Of a stretch of DNA of 39,803 nucleotides, positions 11,270-21,810 are shown one piece after another. Origin of the DNA: Octopus bimaculoides. Taxonomy: Eukaryota. The notes beneath the pieces were generated by a model that was not told the origin of the DNA, did no database searches, and saw only the letters and a list, made by a program, of their open reading frames with translations. Position numbers and translations under genes: made by a program. The DNA is taken from positions 165,940,320-165,980,122 of the forward strand of contig NC_068981.1 of assembly GCF_001194135.2 (NCBI RefSeq). Direction: 5' to 3'. Positions within the stretch are counted from its first letter, which is position 1, and each line of letters begins with the position of its first letter.

Positions 11270-11962
11270 CATCATCATCATCATCATCATCATCGTTTAA
11301 CGTCTGCTTTCCATGCTAGCATGGGTTGGACGATTTGACTGAGGACTGGTGAAACCGGATGGCAACACCAGGCTCCAATCTAATTTGGCAGAGTTTCTAT
11401 AGCTGGATGCCCTTCCTAACGCCAACCACTCAGAGAGTGTAGTGGGTGCTTTTACGTGTCACCCGCACAAAAACGGCCACGCTCGAAATGGTGTCTTTTA
11501 TGTGCCACCCGCNNNNNNNNNNNNNNNNNNNNNNNNNNNNNNNNNNNNNNNNNNNNNNNNNNNNNNNNNNNNNNNNNNNNNNNNNNNNNNNNNNNNNNNN
11601 NCTCACCACCTCAGCCCAGGTCTTCCTGGGCCTACCTCTTCCACGGGTTCCCTCAACTGTCAGGGAGTGGCACTTTTTCACACAGCTATCCTCATTCATT
11701 CTCACCACATGTCCGAACCAGCACAATCGTCTCTCTTGCACACCACTACTGACACTTCTTATGTTCAGCTTTTATCTCAAGATACTTACACTCTCACGGG
11801 TATGCACATTTACATTACACATCCAGCGGAGCATACTGGCTTCATTCCTTGCGAGCTTACGCATGTCCTCAGCAGTCACAGCCCATGTTTCACTGCCATG
11901 TAGCATGGCTGTTCGTACACATGCGTCATACAGTCTGCCTTTTACCCTGAGTGAGAGTCCCT
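11268..11962 (-). mobile_element. 5'-truncated RTE LINE: C-terminal coding end plus family 3 tail, split by an assembly gap
   Basis: 11602-11962 encodes [49 protein letters not shown]...MQERRLCWFGHVVRMNEDSCVKKCHSLTVEGTRGRGRPRKTWAEVV (RTE C-terminus). 11268-11512 is the family 3 tail ending in (GAT)n in the same orientation. The join across the N-gap is inferred. Confidence 0.88.
11513..11601. other. Assembly gap (89 N)
   Basis: N run. Confidence 1.
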
Positions 11963-12270
11963 TTGTATATGTATATATATTTATATACATATGTATATAA
12001 ATATATGAATGTATATTTATATATGTGTATGTATATGTATATATATATATATTTATAAATATATGAATGTATATTTATATATATGTATATGCATGTATGT
12101 GTGTAATGTATATATGTGTGTGTATATGCGTGTGTGTGTGTGTGTGTATATATATATGTGTGTGTGTGTGTATATATATATNNNNNNNNNNTATATATAT
12201 ATATATATATATACATATGTGTGTGTGTGTGTGTGTATGTATATATATGTATATGTGTGTGTGTATATAT
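11963..12270. repeat. Compound (AT)n/(GT)n microsatellite containing a 10-N gap (12182-12191)
   Basis: Read directly. Confidence 0.95.
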
Positions 12271-12535
12271 TCGTTGCTAATCAGATTGTATCCCAAACAG
12301 ATACTAATTTGAGCAATGTTCTCTCAAATTTTTGAACTCCAGTCAGAAACAAGACATTTGTGGCATAGCCTCATGTCTTTCTATCCCACTTAACTTTTGA
12401 AAATCAGAAAAATCTGTGAAACCAGTTAAGCCTTTATTAAAAATAAACCAAAAGACTCTCAGTACAGTTTCAATTTCTTTATTTACTCTATTTCTACTCA
12501 TGTGGAATAAAATAACTTTGTTTTCTAGAAAAGAT

Positions 12536-12780
12536 ACCTGTGCTAGTGACACATAAAATGCACCCAAAACAGTGACACATAAAAGACACGTGTTGGTGGC
12601 ACGTAAGAGACACCCATGCCAGTGACACATAAGAGGTACCTGTGCTGGTGTACACATAAAAGGCACCCATGCCAGTGAAACATACAGAGGGCATCCGTAC
12701 CAGTGACCAGTTTATCAGCTCCAGTCAAACCGTCTAATCCATCTCAGCATGGAAAACAGACATTAAATGACGATGGTAAT
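12536..12780 (+). mobile_element. Degenerate family 3 tail with ~23-bp tandem units
   Basis: Repeated CC(T/A)TGC.AGTG.CACATAAAAG.CA units followed by TCCATCTCAGCATGGAAAACAGACATTAAATGACGATG. Confidence 0.75.
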
Positions 12781-12828
12781 AATGTTTTATACACACACAC
12801 ACACACACACACACACATGCACACACAC

Positions 12829-13010
12829 CATCATCATCATCACTTTTCCATGCTTGCATGGATAGAGTTTATTGAGGCAAACTTTCTATGGTTGGATGCT
12901 CTTCCTGTCATCAACCTTCATTGTTTCAAAGCAAGGTAATATTTCCCATGGCCAAGTCATTTTTCACAGAAGATTGGAAATGAACAGCTTTGCTTGTTTA
13001 TCAATAATGT
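12829..13010 (-). mobile_element. Older repeat sharing the family 3 terminus
   Basis: CATCATCATCAC.TTTTCCATGCTTGCATGG...GGATGCTCTTCCTGTCATCAACC resembles the reverse complement of the family 3 tail. Confidence 0.6.
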
Positions 13011-13045
13011 CTAGGCAAGGGTAAACAAATACAAACGCACACACA

Positions 13046-13178
13046 ACAGGCTTTTTCAGTTAGTGTCCACCAAATGCACTCAAAAGGCTTTGGTCAGCCT
13101 GGGGCTATAGTAGAAGGTACTCATCCAAAGCGCTGTGCTGTGAGACTGAATCCAAGACTACATAGTTAGGAAGCAAGC
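13046..13178 (-). mobile_element. SINE family 2 head, degenerate
   Basis: CAAATGCACTCAAAAGGCTTTGGTCAGCCTGGGGCTATAGTAGAAG matches the reverse complement of 13570-13615. Confidence 0.75.
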
Positions 13179-13638
13179 AATCATACATTGGTAAAAAAAA
13201 GGTGGGGGTCATTTGGCACATTGATTTTCAAATTCACAAAAACCTGTCCCCATCCCTCAACCACCATCATCACCTCCACCACAAAAAGAAAGTGGAATTT
13301 TTGCATCCATATATAAATTGTTTCTTCGTGATGACATGGGACAAATTTAAAAGCTTAAAAATCATTTTAACCCTTTAGCATTTAATCCAGTCATATCCAG
13401 CTTAATATTCTCTTTGTTTTATGTTAAAATTGACCATATCCAACCTATCACATCTTCCCTACAATATACAAGCATAGGCGCAGGAGTGGCTGTGTGGTAA
13501 GAAGCTTGCTTCCCAACCATATCATTCCAGGTTCAGTTCAACTGCATGACACTTTGGGCAAGTGTCTTCTACTATAGCCTCAGGACAAGCAAAGCCTTGT
13601 GAATGGATTTGTTAGATGGAAAATGAAAGAAGCCCATC

Positions 13639-13675
<37 letters not shown>

Positions 13676-13679
<4 letters not shown>

Positions 13680-14031
13680 GTTAAAGTCTGTCATACCGGC
13701 CATGACGAAGGGAAATAGCCCTGAAACTCGAGTCGCCTTTATATATTTATATTTATATATTTGATCCTTTATATTGAACACTCAATATTTCATCTACATT
13801 CAGTACTTTCTTTCATGGTGCCATCCATTTTTATTTTATTTTATTTTATATTATATATTGTATATTATATTATATATTGTATATTCCATATTCTATACCC
13901 CACATTGGTTCTGCAGGAATATAAATAAAACATAAAAAACACAGTGTTGGAACTCCTTTAAACAAAATAATATATTCCTCTATACACAATCATACAAAAA
14001 AACCACCTTTTTTGTATTTATTTTTACTCGC
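13676..14031 (+). mobile_element. ~355-bp insert inside (TA)n carrying a hammerhead-like motif (possible Penelope-like or retrozyme fragment)
   Basis: Bounded by (TA)n on both sides, absent from the other family 2 copies, and contains the motif at 13693-13743. Family assignment is inference. Confidence 0.5.
13693..13743 (+). ncRNA. Minimal type I hammerhead-ribozyme-like motif (one extra A in the core)
   Basis: GGC | C-a-UGACGA | AGGG-AAAUAG-CCCU | GAAAC-UCGA-GUC | GCC. Stem I is GGC/GCC, extendable by AUA/UAU after a 2x2 loop. Stem II is 4 bp. Stem III is 2 bp with a palindromic UCGA loop. Predicted cleavage after C13734. Confidence 0.55.
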
Positions 14032-14069
<38 letters not shown>

Positions 14070-14608
14070 GTATGTATTTATGTATTTATGTCTTTTCTTG
14101 TCCCTCCACCATCACTTGACAAGCGATGTTGGTGTGTTTACATCCCTGTAACTTAGCGGTTCAGCAAGAGAGATCGATAGAATAAGTACTAGGCTTACAA
14201 AGATATGTCCTAGGGGTTGATTTGTTCAACTAAAAGGTGGTGCTCCAGCATGGCTGCAATCAAGTGATTGAAACAAGTAAAAGAATAAAAGAACACCATT
14301 GAAATCTTGAAGCTACAAGATAATGTGGGATTAATTCAAAACAAGGTGAATAAATAAGCATTACATTTGACAAAGAAATCTGAATTCTAAATGGTTAATT
14401 TTAGTAAACATGGCAATTTGTCCAAACCCTTTTCAAATTCTCACAACCCCACTCTCTATGAGAAATACCAAGCTAGCACATTATAATGAGGAAATGGTAC
14501 AAACTGCAACTATCCAGCATGCTGTGTACCACTGTATCTTTTTACTTTGAAAAGTCTCTACTTTGGTTCAGCCTTGTAGAATATATTCCTCTCTAGTTTA
14601 CTGTTTAA

Positions 14609-14830
14609 CCCTTTTGTTACCATATTTTTGTTGAGATGCTCTGTGTTTCTTTCAATTCATTTTAAAAATAACAAAGAATTCTGTAAAATAACTTAGCCAT
14701 CATTAAGCTAGTGTTAGGAACATAAATTGTCACTAAGGTTTGGTGGAAGATTTTAATTCAAAACTTGTGAAAACAAGACATTTGTACTACAGAGCCAGAG
14801 GCAGTTTCAGCCGGGTTGGTATCGAAAGGG
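14609..14830 (+). mobile_element. piggyBac-type MITE (type A), 222 bp
   Basis: TTAA|CCCTTTTGTTACC ... GGTATCGAAAGGG|TTAA; 13-bp TIR with 2 mismatches and TTAA flanks. Confidence 0.85.
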
Positions 14831-14834
14831 TTAA

Positions 14835-15054
14835 TCCTCTAACATTCAGATTACTCAGTCAAACATAATGCTTATTTATTGAAATTGGTTTGAATTAATT
14901 ATACATTATCAAGTAGCCTCAAGATTTCAATGATGTTGATTATGTATTTCTAGAATGACGTTGTACGGTAGGTGTGAAAAGCCAAATCTGGCCAGCTTGA
15001 ACATAAAACATGTAGAATATATGGGCCTGGTATGGCTGGTTTAAATGCTAAAGG
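14835..15054 (-). mobile_element. piggyBac-type MITE (type B), sharing the TTAA at 14831-14834 with the type A element
   Basis: TTAA|TCCTCTAACATTCAGA ... TTTAAATGCTAAAGGG|TTAA; reverse complement aligns with 23639-23858. Confidence 0.8.
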
Positions 15055-15431
15055 GTTAACTCCAAATCAGGCTTGGCTTATCATCAAAGATGTTCTAGCT
15101 GTGATCATCCCATATTTATTTTTCAGAAACAGTGCCCAGAATTACATTAACCAATGTGGTTTTTATTTTATTTTTATTTTAGGATTTGGGGGAATGATTT
15201 GAGGAAGATATGGTTGCTATTTCTACTAGGTTGGGCAATTGCATCGAAAGCCTCTAACTGCTTCATGATTTTTCCAAAATCACTCTATATTCCTTTATAA
15301 GTTGTTGATACTTTCATAAGCAATGCAAAGATAGCAGTGATAATATTACATCAGATTTTACATAAGCTTTATTATTTACTTACACTAGGACAGTTTGACA
15401 CTTAGATTTATTCACTGCAGGCAGAGCAAAA

Positions 15432-15436
<5 letters not shown>

Positions 15437-15462
<26 letters not shown>

Positions 15463-15655
15463 TCTGCTGTTTTTCTCTTCCTCCTTCTCTCACTACCTTT
15501 CACTTTTCCTCTTTATTTCCTCTCCCCTCTTCTCTCTCTGCTTCCGTTTCTCTCCTCCTTTATCTCTCTCTGTCTTTTTCCCTCATATCTCTCTATCTCG
15601 GTATATCTTTTCTATGTTTCTCTCTCGTTTCTTTCTCTCTCTTCTCCCTTCTTCC
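15437..15655. repeat. (GT)n followed by a CT-rich polypyrimidine tract
   Basis: Read directly; source of Leu/Ser/Phe-rich spurious ORFs. Confidence 0.9.
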
Positions 15656-16289
15656 TTGAGTTATTTCTTAAAAAGCAGTAGCAATTCAAAAGACATCAAA
15701 GGTCACAAGCTTGGTATCTTAGTTTTGTCTTCCTTGCAATATTCAGTTAACTTGGGTCTTATAATAAACTCACATCCATATGTAAACACATGACCACTAC
15801 TTCCCATATAAGAAACCATGTTGTTCATGTTATTCTTTTTAGTACGAAGTCAGCCTTTGTTAAGCAGATATAAGACATTCCAGCCGTGATCATCTCATAT
15901 GAGTGTTTTTTCTAGCAATATATATATTCAAATGCATACTTCTTTTTTAAGACAACAGGACATTATTTGAAGGAGATTTGGCCACTATTTCTTGTGAATT
16001 GAATGATTGCAAGGAGAATCCATTATTGCTTGGACATTGTTATGACTTTTTTAAGACAGACATAATCACTTTCCTTTATCTCATTAGATTATTTTTATTA
16101 TATCTAGTACTGTTACATTTATATTATCATTGATCATCTAGTTTTCTATCAAACCTTGAGCAATTAACCTCATTGATTTATATTCCTATTCAGCTTTTAT
16201 CTTCAGTTTTGTTTTGTATTTCTTACATTTGCAAATGACATGTTTTACAAGTATAATATTAATTTAATACTGTGTGTGTGTGTGTGTGT

Positions 16290-16480
16290 ATGTAAGTATA
16301 TGATCAAGTGGTTAGAGGTTTGGGCTCACAATCATAAAATTATGGGTCCAATTCCCTGACCCATAGGCACATTGCGTCCTTGAGCATTTCTCCAGTCTAC
16401 TCAGTTGAAAATCATTACCAGCAGCAGCAGCAGCAGCTAGGGGCTGACCTTATAACAAGTTGGTGTCCCATTTAGCTGAG
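16290..16480 (+). mobile_element. Very old tRNA-derived SINE remnant
   Basis: A-box-like TGATCAAGTGGTTAG and B-box-like GGGTCCAATTCCC, then GCGTCCTTGAGCA (CORE-like); heavily diverged. Confidence 0.4.
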
Positions 16481-16569
16481 AATCTTATACTATCAATCAC
16501 TTATACACCTTAAAACTCAGGATAAGCACTGGCCTAATGAGCCATATAGGTTCAAAACAGACTTTATCG

Positions 16570-17027
16570 AACTAAATTCGACGACTGGCACCCATGCCAA
16601 CGTCGTCTCCTTCATTGGACACAAAGCTTGGCTTGCGAAGACCTGTTGGGGCAAGCAAAAGCAAAATCGTGATGGCACTTGTGCCCAGCGTTGCCTTTCT
16701 GGCACTTGTGCCGGTGGCACGCGTAAAGACTTTCGAGCGAGATCGTTGCCAGTGCCGCTGGACTGGCTCTTGTGCAGGTGGCACGTAAAATACACCATTT
16801 TGAGCATGGCCGTTGCCAGTACCACCTGACTGGCCGTCGTGCCGGTGGCACATAAAAGCACCCACTACACTCTCAGAGTGGTTGGCGTTAGGAAGGGCAT
16901 CCAGCTGTAGAAACTCTGCCAAATCAGATTGGAGCCTGGTGTAGCCATCTGGCTTCACCAGTCCTCAGTCAAATCGTCCAACCCATGCTAGCATGGAAAG
17001 CGGACGTTAAACGATGATGATGATGAT
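16570..17027 (+). mobile_element. Long family 3 (RTE 3'-tail) copy with three ~65-bp internal units
   Basis: GTGC(C/A)GGTGGCAC at 16708, 16772 and 16839, then the standard tail to ACGTTAAACGATGATG; CpG-rich, so relatively young. Confidence 0.9.
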
Positions 17028-19321
17028 AATTAATATGAATACCTGTCTGCACATCAGCATTTCTTTGAGGTTTGGCCTCCAGATCTGTGAGCCCCATGAA
17101 TGTCACTGTGGGTCCAGTGTGGATTCTTGTTGTTGAAATTAATCTGCAATAAATTGGTTATGTTTCTACAATGCACAAAATATTTTACTAATTATTTTTA
17201 TACAATTACAAATCCTAATAATATTCAATTATAAAAATATAATAGGATTTTTCCAACATTGAATGGGTAGGAGGGCCTGTATGAGTAAAATAGGAATCGA
17301 AGGGGCTCATAGGTAAAAAAAAATGGTTGTGAAACACTGATGCTAAGCCCTTCAAGGTGGTGCTACAGCATGGCCACAGTCTAGTAACTGAAACAAGATA
17401 AAAGACAAAATGTACACACTCCTACTCAAATTTTACCTGACAGCTTGATTACTCAGACTGTGTTCAGTCAAAATATACTAACGCAGACATCACCTCATTC
17501 ATCTATGTTGACCTTATCTCAAGCAGATATCTTTGCTTTTCCTCTGAACTCTTTCTCAGCCAGGTTTCAAAGCCACTGTCTAAATAACTTGTATTATCAT
17601 GTAATGACTTTTTGGAGGGTTTTTTTTTTCCTTTTCTTATTTTTTATTTTTTTATTTTATTGCATTGAATGCATTGGCTGGGTGAATGAGGGCTGGGAAT
17701 CTTCTTATTAACAATGTCATAACTACTTATTTGAAATTAGAAAGAAATGAAAAAAACACAAAGCAATATGAATGACATGTTAAATAATAGAAATCTCTGA
17801 GATTATCTCATAAATATTTCACATTGGATTAAAGATTTTATGGAGGATTATCTTGATTTTATTAATAGAACACTGCAGTTTAATCCTGTCTGTTTTTTGT
17901 TTTGTTTTTGGTTTTTTTGGGGTTTTTTTTTTGAGAATTCTTCTTTTGTTGTTGTTGTGATGAGCTGGCAGAATCAATTGAGTGTCAAAAGAAATGCCTT
18001 GCAGTATTTCTTCCAATTCTTTTATGTTCTAACTTCAAAGACAGATTTGACCAAGGTCAAATCTTCTTTTCATTCATCCAGTTTCAGTAAAAGCAAAATT
18101 CAATTGCTGGAGCCACTGGTATTGACTAACCTCTTCTCTCAAAATTGCCGGCCTTGTGCCTAAATTAGAAACTATTATTATAGTTGTTGCTGTTGTTTAT
18201 TTTCATAAATGATTCTGTTCATTTCTTCCTTGGTTTTCTTCTTCCATTGATTTCTTCCACATGAGTCTCCTGGCACTTCTTTAACCACCTGTCATCATCC
18301 ATAAGCTATCAATACACAGAAAAAGTATGCTTAATATTGTAAATCTCTTCCATTTTAAGGGAAATGTGATTTAATATTGAAACTGTGGTATATTCTATAT
18401 TTTTGTAACCTGTTAATTAGACACAGTTCTACAAGTAAGATATTGAACTACCTACCTGTGGGTCATGAGTTCAAATCTGTTGGTAAATATTCAGCCAATA
18501 GCATTGATATTTTTGCTAAAAATCTAAATGAGATCTGTTGATAGATCTAATTTTGTTTACAGCTACTGCATTCGATGTCTTCTTGTAAGGTAGAATACAG
18601 CATTTACAAAGAAGTTTTGTAATCACATTGATATTATCGAAAGAAATATAATTCATAATTTGAATAAGGAAATTTGTTAGGAGAGGTCCACATAACCATT
18701 CATGATACAGGGGCTGGGAGTTTATTTCAGTTTCGGGAGTGAATCATCATCACATGTCACTTAGTCGCAAACACGTCATATAGCTGCAATAGATGGCTGT
18801 ATCCCCAACAATAATGTGATTTCTCTAAGACATCCTAGTAATCTATCAAGCCCATTTACACATTTCTCAATACATACTGCTGTTATGACTTCCCTTCCTC
18901 ATTTTATGCCTACATCATAGATGGGTAGATTTGGTAGTATATTTAACTTGGCAGACTTAATGTAATAGTTCAGTTAGTGTTATTAGATAATATTTAAAAG
19001 GCTGACAAAAAATAATCATGTAGTGAGAAAAAAAAAACAAAGACTATTATTATTTTAATTATTCATTGTTTTTGTTTAACACCCATTTATTTCCTCATTC
19101 CAGTGTAAGTTGGACAGGAACTTAGTTGATTGAGGTAACATTTTACCACCAGATGCTCCTACTGTCATCATGCCAAGTAATCAGTCATCAAGTTAACCAA
19201 GAATGGAAACATTATGTCACCATTTTGTTCAGTTTGATAACAAGCAAAGCTGTGTAATATCAAATATTGTGTGTGTGTGTGTGTGCGTGTGTGTAAGCGC
19301 ACGTGCGCACACACTCACACA

Positions 19322-19447
19322 TGATGTGCTTCCATTCCACTCACAAAGCATTGATCAACCTGGGGCTATAACAGACACATGCCGAAGATGCTGCACTATG
19401 GCATTGACCTTGAGACCATGTGGTTGAAAAGCAAATATTTTAATTAC
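19322..19447 (-). mobile_element. SINE family 2 head, degenerate
   Basis: TCCACTCACAAAGCATTGATCAACCTGGGGCTATAACAGACAC...CCATGTGGTT matches other family 2 heads. Confidence 0.65.
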
Positions 19448-19589
19448 ATAACTATTTTTGTATCTAGTTTAATTATTTCAATCATTGTGAGGCACAACTT
19501 TGTGCATGTTTCTGTAATATTAACTAGGTTGCTTTCCTCAGTCTGATTCTCTTAATACAGGTCAGGAATGATTGTCTTTGGTAGTTTTA

Positions 19590-19900
19590 TAGGCAGATGA
19601 CAGCCTGGTTCTTAGAATAGAATTTGTTGACAAGTTAGAAAAAGTTCCACACTTAGAAGCATGATCTAATGTTCAAATTTTCAAAGGTCAACTTGGTAAA
19701 GACCAAAGTGCCAGTTACCAACAGCCAGCACCCAGTCATTAGTGACATCTGGGAAGCAGTCTTGATTTGTGTGTAGGAAGAGAATAGGTGATAACTTGAT
19801 ACATTTTACCCAAAAGGTGCAGTAGGATCTTTGACAGGCTGATAGGTGTAAAAGATGTACAGAAGTGGTTAGCAGTAGGAAAACCCATAAAATAATATCT
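19590..19900 (+). mobile_element. Very degenerate RTE RT fragment
   Basis: Remnants TTATAGGCAGATGAC (YADD-like), KVNLVKTKV, VCRKRIGDN and PKRCSRIFDRL, in the same order as in the other RTE relics. Confidence 0.55.
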
Positions 19901-20477
19901 ATAGGCTAACTTCAGTGATGTGTTAAAAGTAATGGAGTCACTGAGGGAGCCTTTGAGGTCACTCAGTCTGCTAAACTTCCCTCAAATTGAAACCCTACTT
20001 CTTTGTCTTGTTTTATCACAGTTCCTATGTATGGCAGTCTTAATATATCTTTCACATTTTCTATAAGCCTTAAATCTAATCTACTTTGTCATATATTTTT
20101 TTTTTTGTCGAAAGTAATATTTTTATCTGGCCTATTATAATTTTTTTTTTCAAAAGCAATGTATTTATGTGACTCATTGTAGTTTTTAATATAGTTTTTT
20201 TTTTTTTTTTCAAAAGCAATATGTTCATCTGATATGATATATTTATCTGATGCAAAAATCAATATATTTTTCTGATACAGTATAATTCCTGCTCATACAA
20301 CCATGCATTAATACTGATAGCACTTAAACTTTAAAAAATAATTTTGTTTGGTTTCTACAAATGTTTGTAAACAATTGTTCAATAAAATAGATATAAGTTA
20401 GTAGTGTAGCCATAGCGTATAAAGAAATATTTTAAATGCCTAACTTTGTTTTAAATTCTGTAAATATTAGCCTAGAA

Positions 20478-20581
20478 CAGTCATAGGCAAATTGTGGACC
20501 GCTAGACTTTCTGCATCACATGCCTAATCAAAAAATTGCTTTGAGCCGTATCTTATGTAGCCTACTTATAAAAGTTGCCTA
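20478..20581. mobile_element. Possible hAT MITE remnant
   Basis: CAGTCATAGGCAAATTGTGGACCGC start and AAAGTTGCCTA end (partial TIR); flanks GCCTAGAA / GCCTAGAC (7/8) resemble a hAT TSD. Confidence 0.35.
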
Positions 20582-21639
20582 GCCTAGACGGTTGGTTATT
20601 TTGAATCTGACTCCAACATTTCATGCCTTAGTGTATAATGTTTGCTTAAATATTTTACATTATTTAATTGGTTAAAGAGAGGTAGATTAGTGGTGAGATC
20701 AGTATAGCTGATGTTTAGTGTAAGTTACTGTCTGTACAAAGAGAGGGGTTTGCAGAGAGCTATAGATCTTGGGAGGAATGATTGGGTAAAATATCTTGTG
20801 TTAGGAGTGAGAGGCCTGAAACAGTAGGTACAACAAGAAAAATACCATATTTTCTGGCATATAAGATGCATCCCTACTTTACAAATATATTTTGTGAAAA
20901 AATCAAATTTGATGTTTCATCATACACTCATAAACTCAATATGCCACTTGTAATACAACCACATTAGAAACATAGCAATCTTTTAAATTCCATTTAAGAA
21001 TATAAAAAAAACTTTACATTGGCATATACAGTAGAGGCTTTTGTTGTTTAGCCTTACATCTGCTCTGATCAAGTTTAAGTATATGGTAAGATATTCCATT
21101 GTGAACATAATGTCTTTTACTAAGACATAATGTATCTAGGACTTTATTATTCAATGCATCCATACTTTTTAAAATAGTGTGATTTGAGAAAGATTTGACT
21201 GATATTTCTAATAGATCAAAAAGCTACATAAAGGTTCTCTAGTTGGCAGAGGTGAGTGCACCAGGCGTGGAGCAGAGAGGTGGTATGCAACATGCTAATT
21301 CAGAAATGTAAAGACTGATGTTGCCATCAAAGAAAAGGCAGAGAGCAATAAGAAGAAACAATGCGTTTCTCTGAGCTTATGATGATTGCATGCTGGTGAG
21401 TGGATCTTTGCCAATAAACCTGTTAGCCTTGGCCTTTTTCTCATTCTTCTGAATGCTATCTAAGAGCTGTATGTGTTTAACATCAATCAGCACTATCTCA
21501 GATTTGAGCAATGTTCCCAAAAAGTTGTGTTTTGTCAAAGGTCAGGACAGAAATCCTTTCTGACCCTGAAAAGGAAGTCTAATTTTGGATATGAGACTTG
21601 GCTTTATACCATCTGAAATGATATTAATAATCCTTTCTA

Positions 21640-21810
21640 TTATAGGCACAAGGCCTGAAATCTGTGGGGAGAGGACAAGTCGATTACCTTGACCCCAGTG
21701 TTTCACTGGTACTTAATTTTGAAAGGTTGAAAGGCAAAGTCAACCACAATGGAATTTGAACTCAGAACATAGTGACCCAGCATGCTAACGATTCTGCCAG
21801 CTTGCCACCT
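21640..21810 (-). mobile_element. SINE family 1 copy
   Basis: CTGGTACTTAATT...GAAAGGCAAAGTCAAC...GGAATTTGAACTCAGAAC...GCTAACGATTCTGCCAGCTTGCCACCT, similar to 146-379. Confidence 0.8.

Larger units (their letters stand above)
13477..14292 (+). mobile_element. SINE family 2 composite (tRNA/CORE-like head, microsatellite, body, tail), interrupted at its (TA)n
   Basis: Head GGCGCAGGAGTGGCTGTGTGGTAAG...TTGGGCAAGTGTCTTC (13477-13640). Body and tail CTTGACAAGCGATGTTGGTGTGTTTAC...GCTCCAGCATGGC...GAAACAAGTAAAAGAATAAAAG (~14095-14292). Same order as the uninterrupted copies at 27663-28074 and 36456-36857. Confidence 0.88.
13373..14394 (+). mobile_element. piggyBac-type MITE (type B) split by the SINE family 2 composite
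   Basis: TTAA|CCCTTTAGCATTTAA at 13369; the body resumes after ~14293 (CCATTGAAATCTTGAAGCTAC...AATAAATAAGCATTACATTTGAC...ATCTGAATTCTAAATGG|TTAA). Both halves align with the unsplit copies at 14835-15054 and 23639-23858. Confidence 0.75.

Noticed and set aside
12536-12700. CRISPR-like regularly spaced repeats (also 16700-16860 and 36038-36175)
   Set aside because: Spacers are homologous to each other or absent, the arrays lie inside a retroelement tail, and the DNA is eukaryotic with no cas genes.
17055-17340. Possible hAT MITE ending GGTTGTGAAACACTG
   Set aside because: Only the right TIR is convincing; no matching left TIR or TSD was found.
18560-18586. 27-nt micro-exon candidate (TTTACAG|...AAG|GTAGAA) as the missing upstream EVI5 exon
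   Set aside because: No frame encodes the expected LLAKLEE.N motif.
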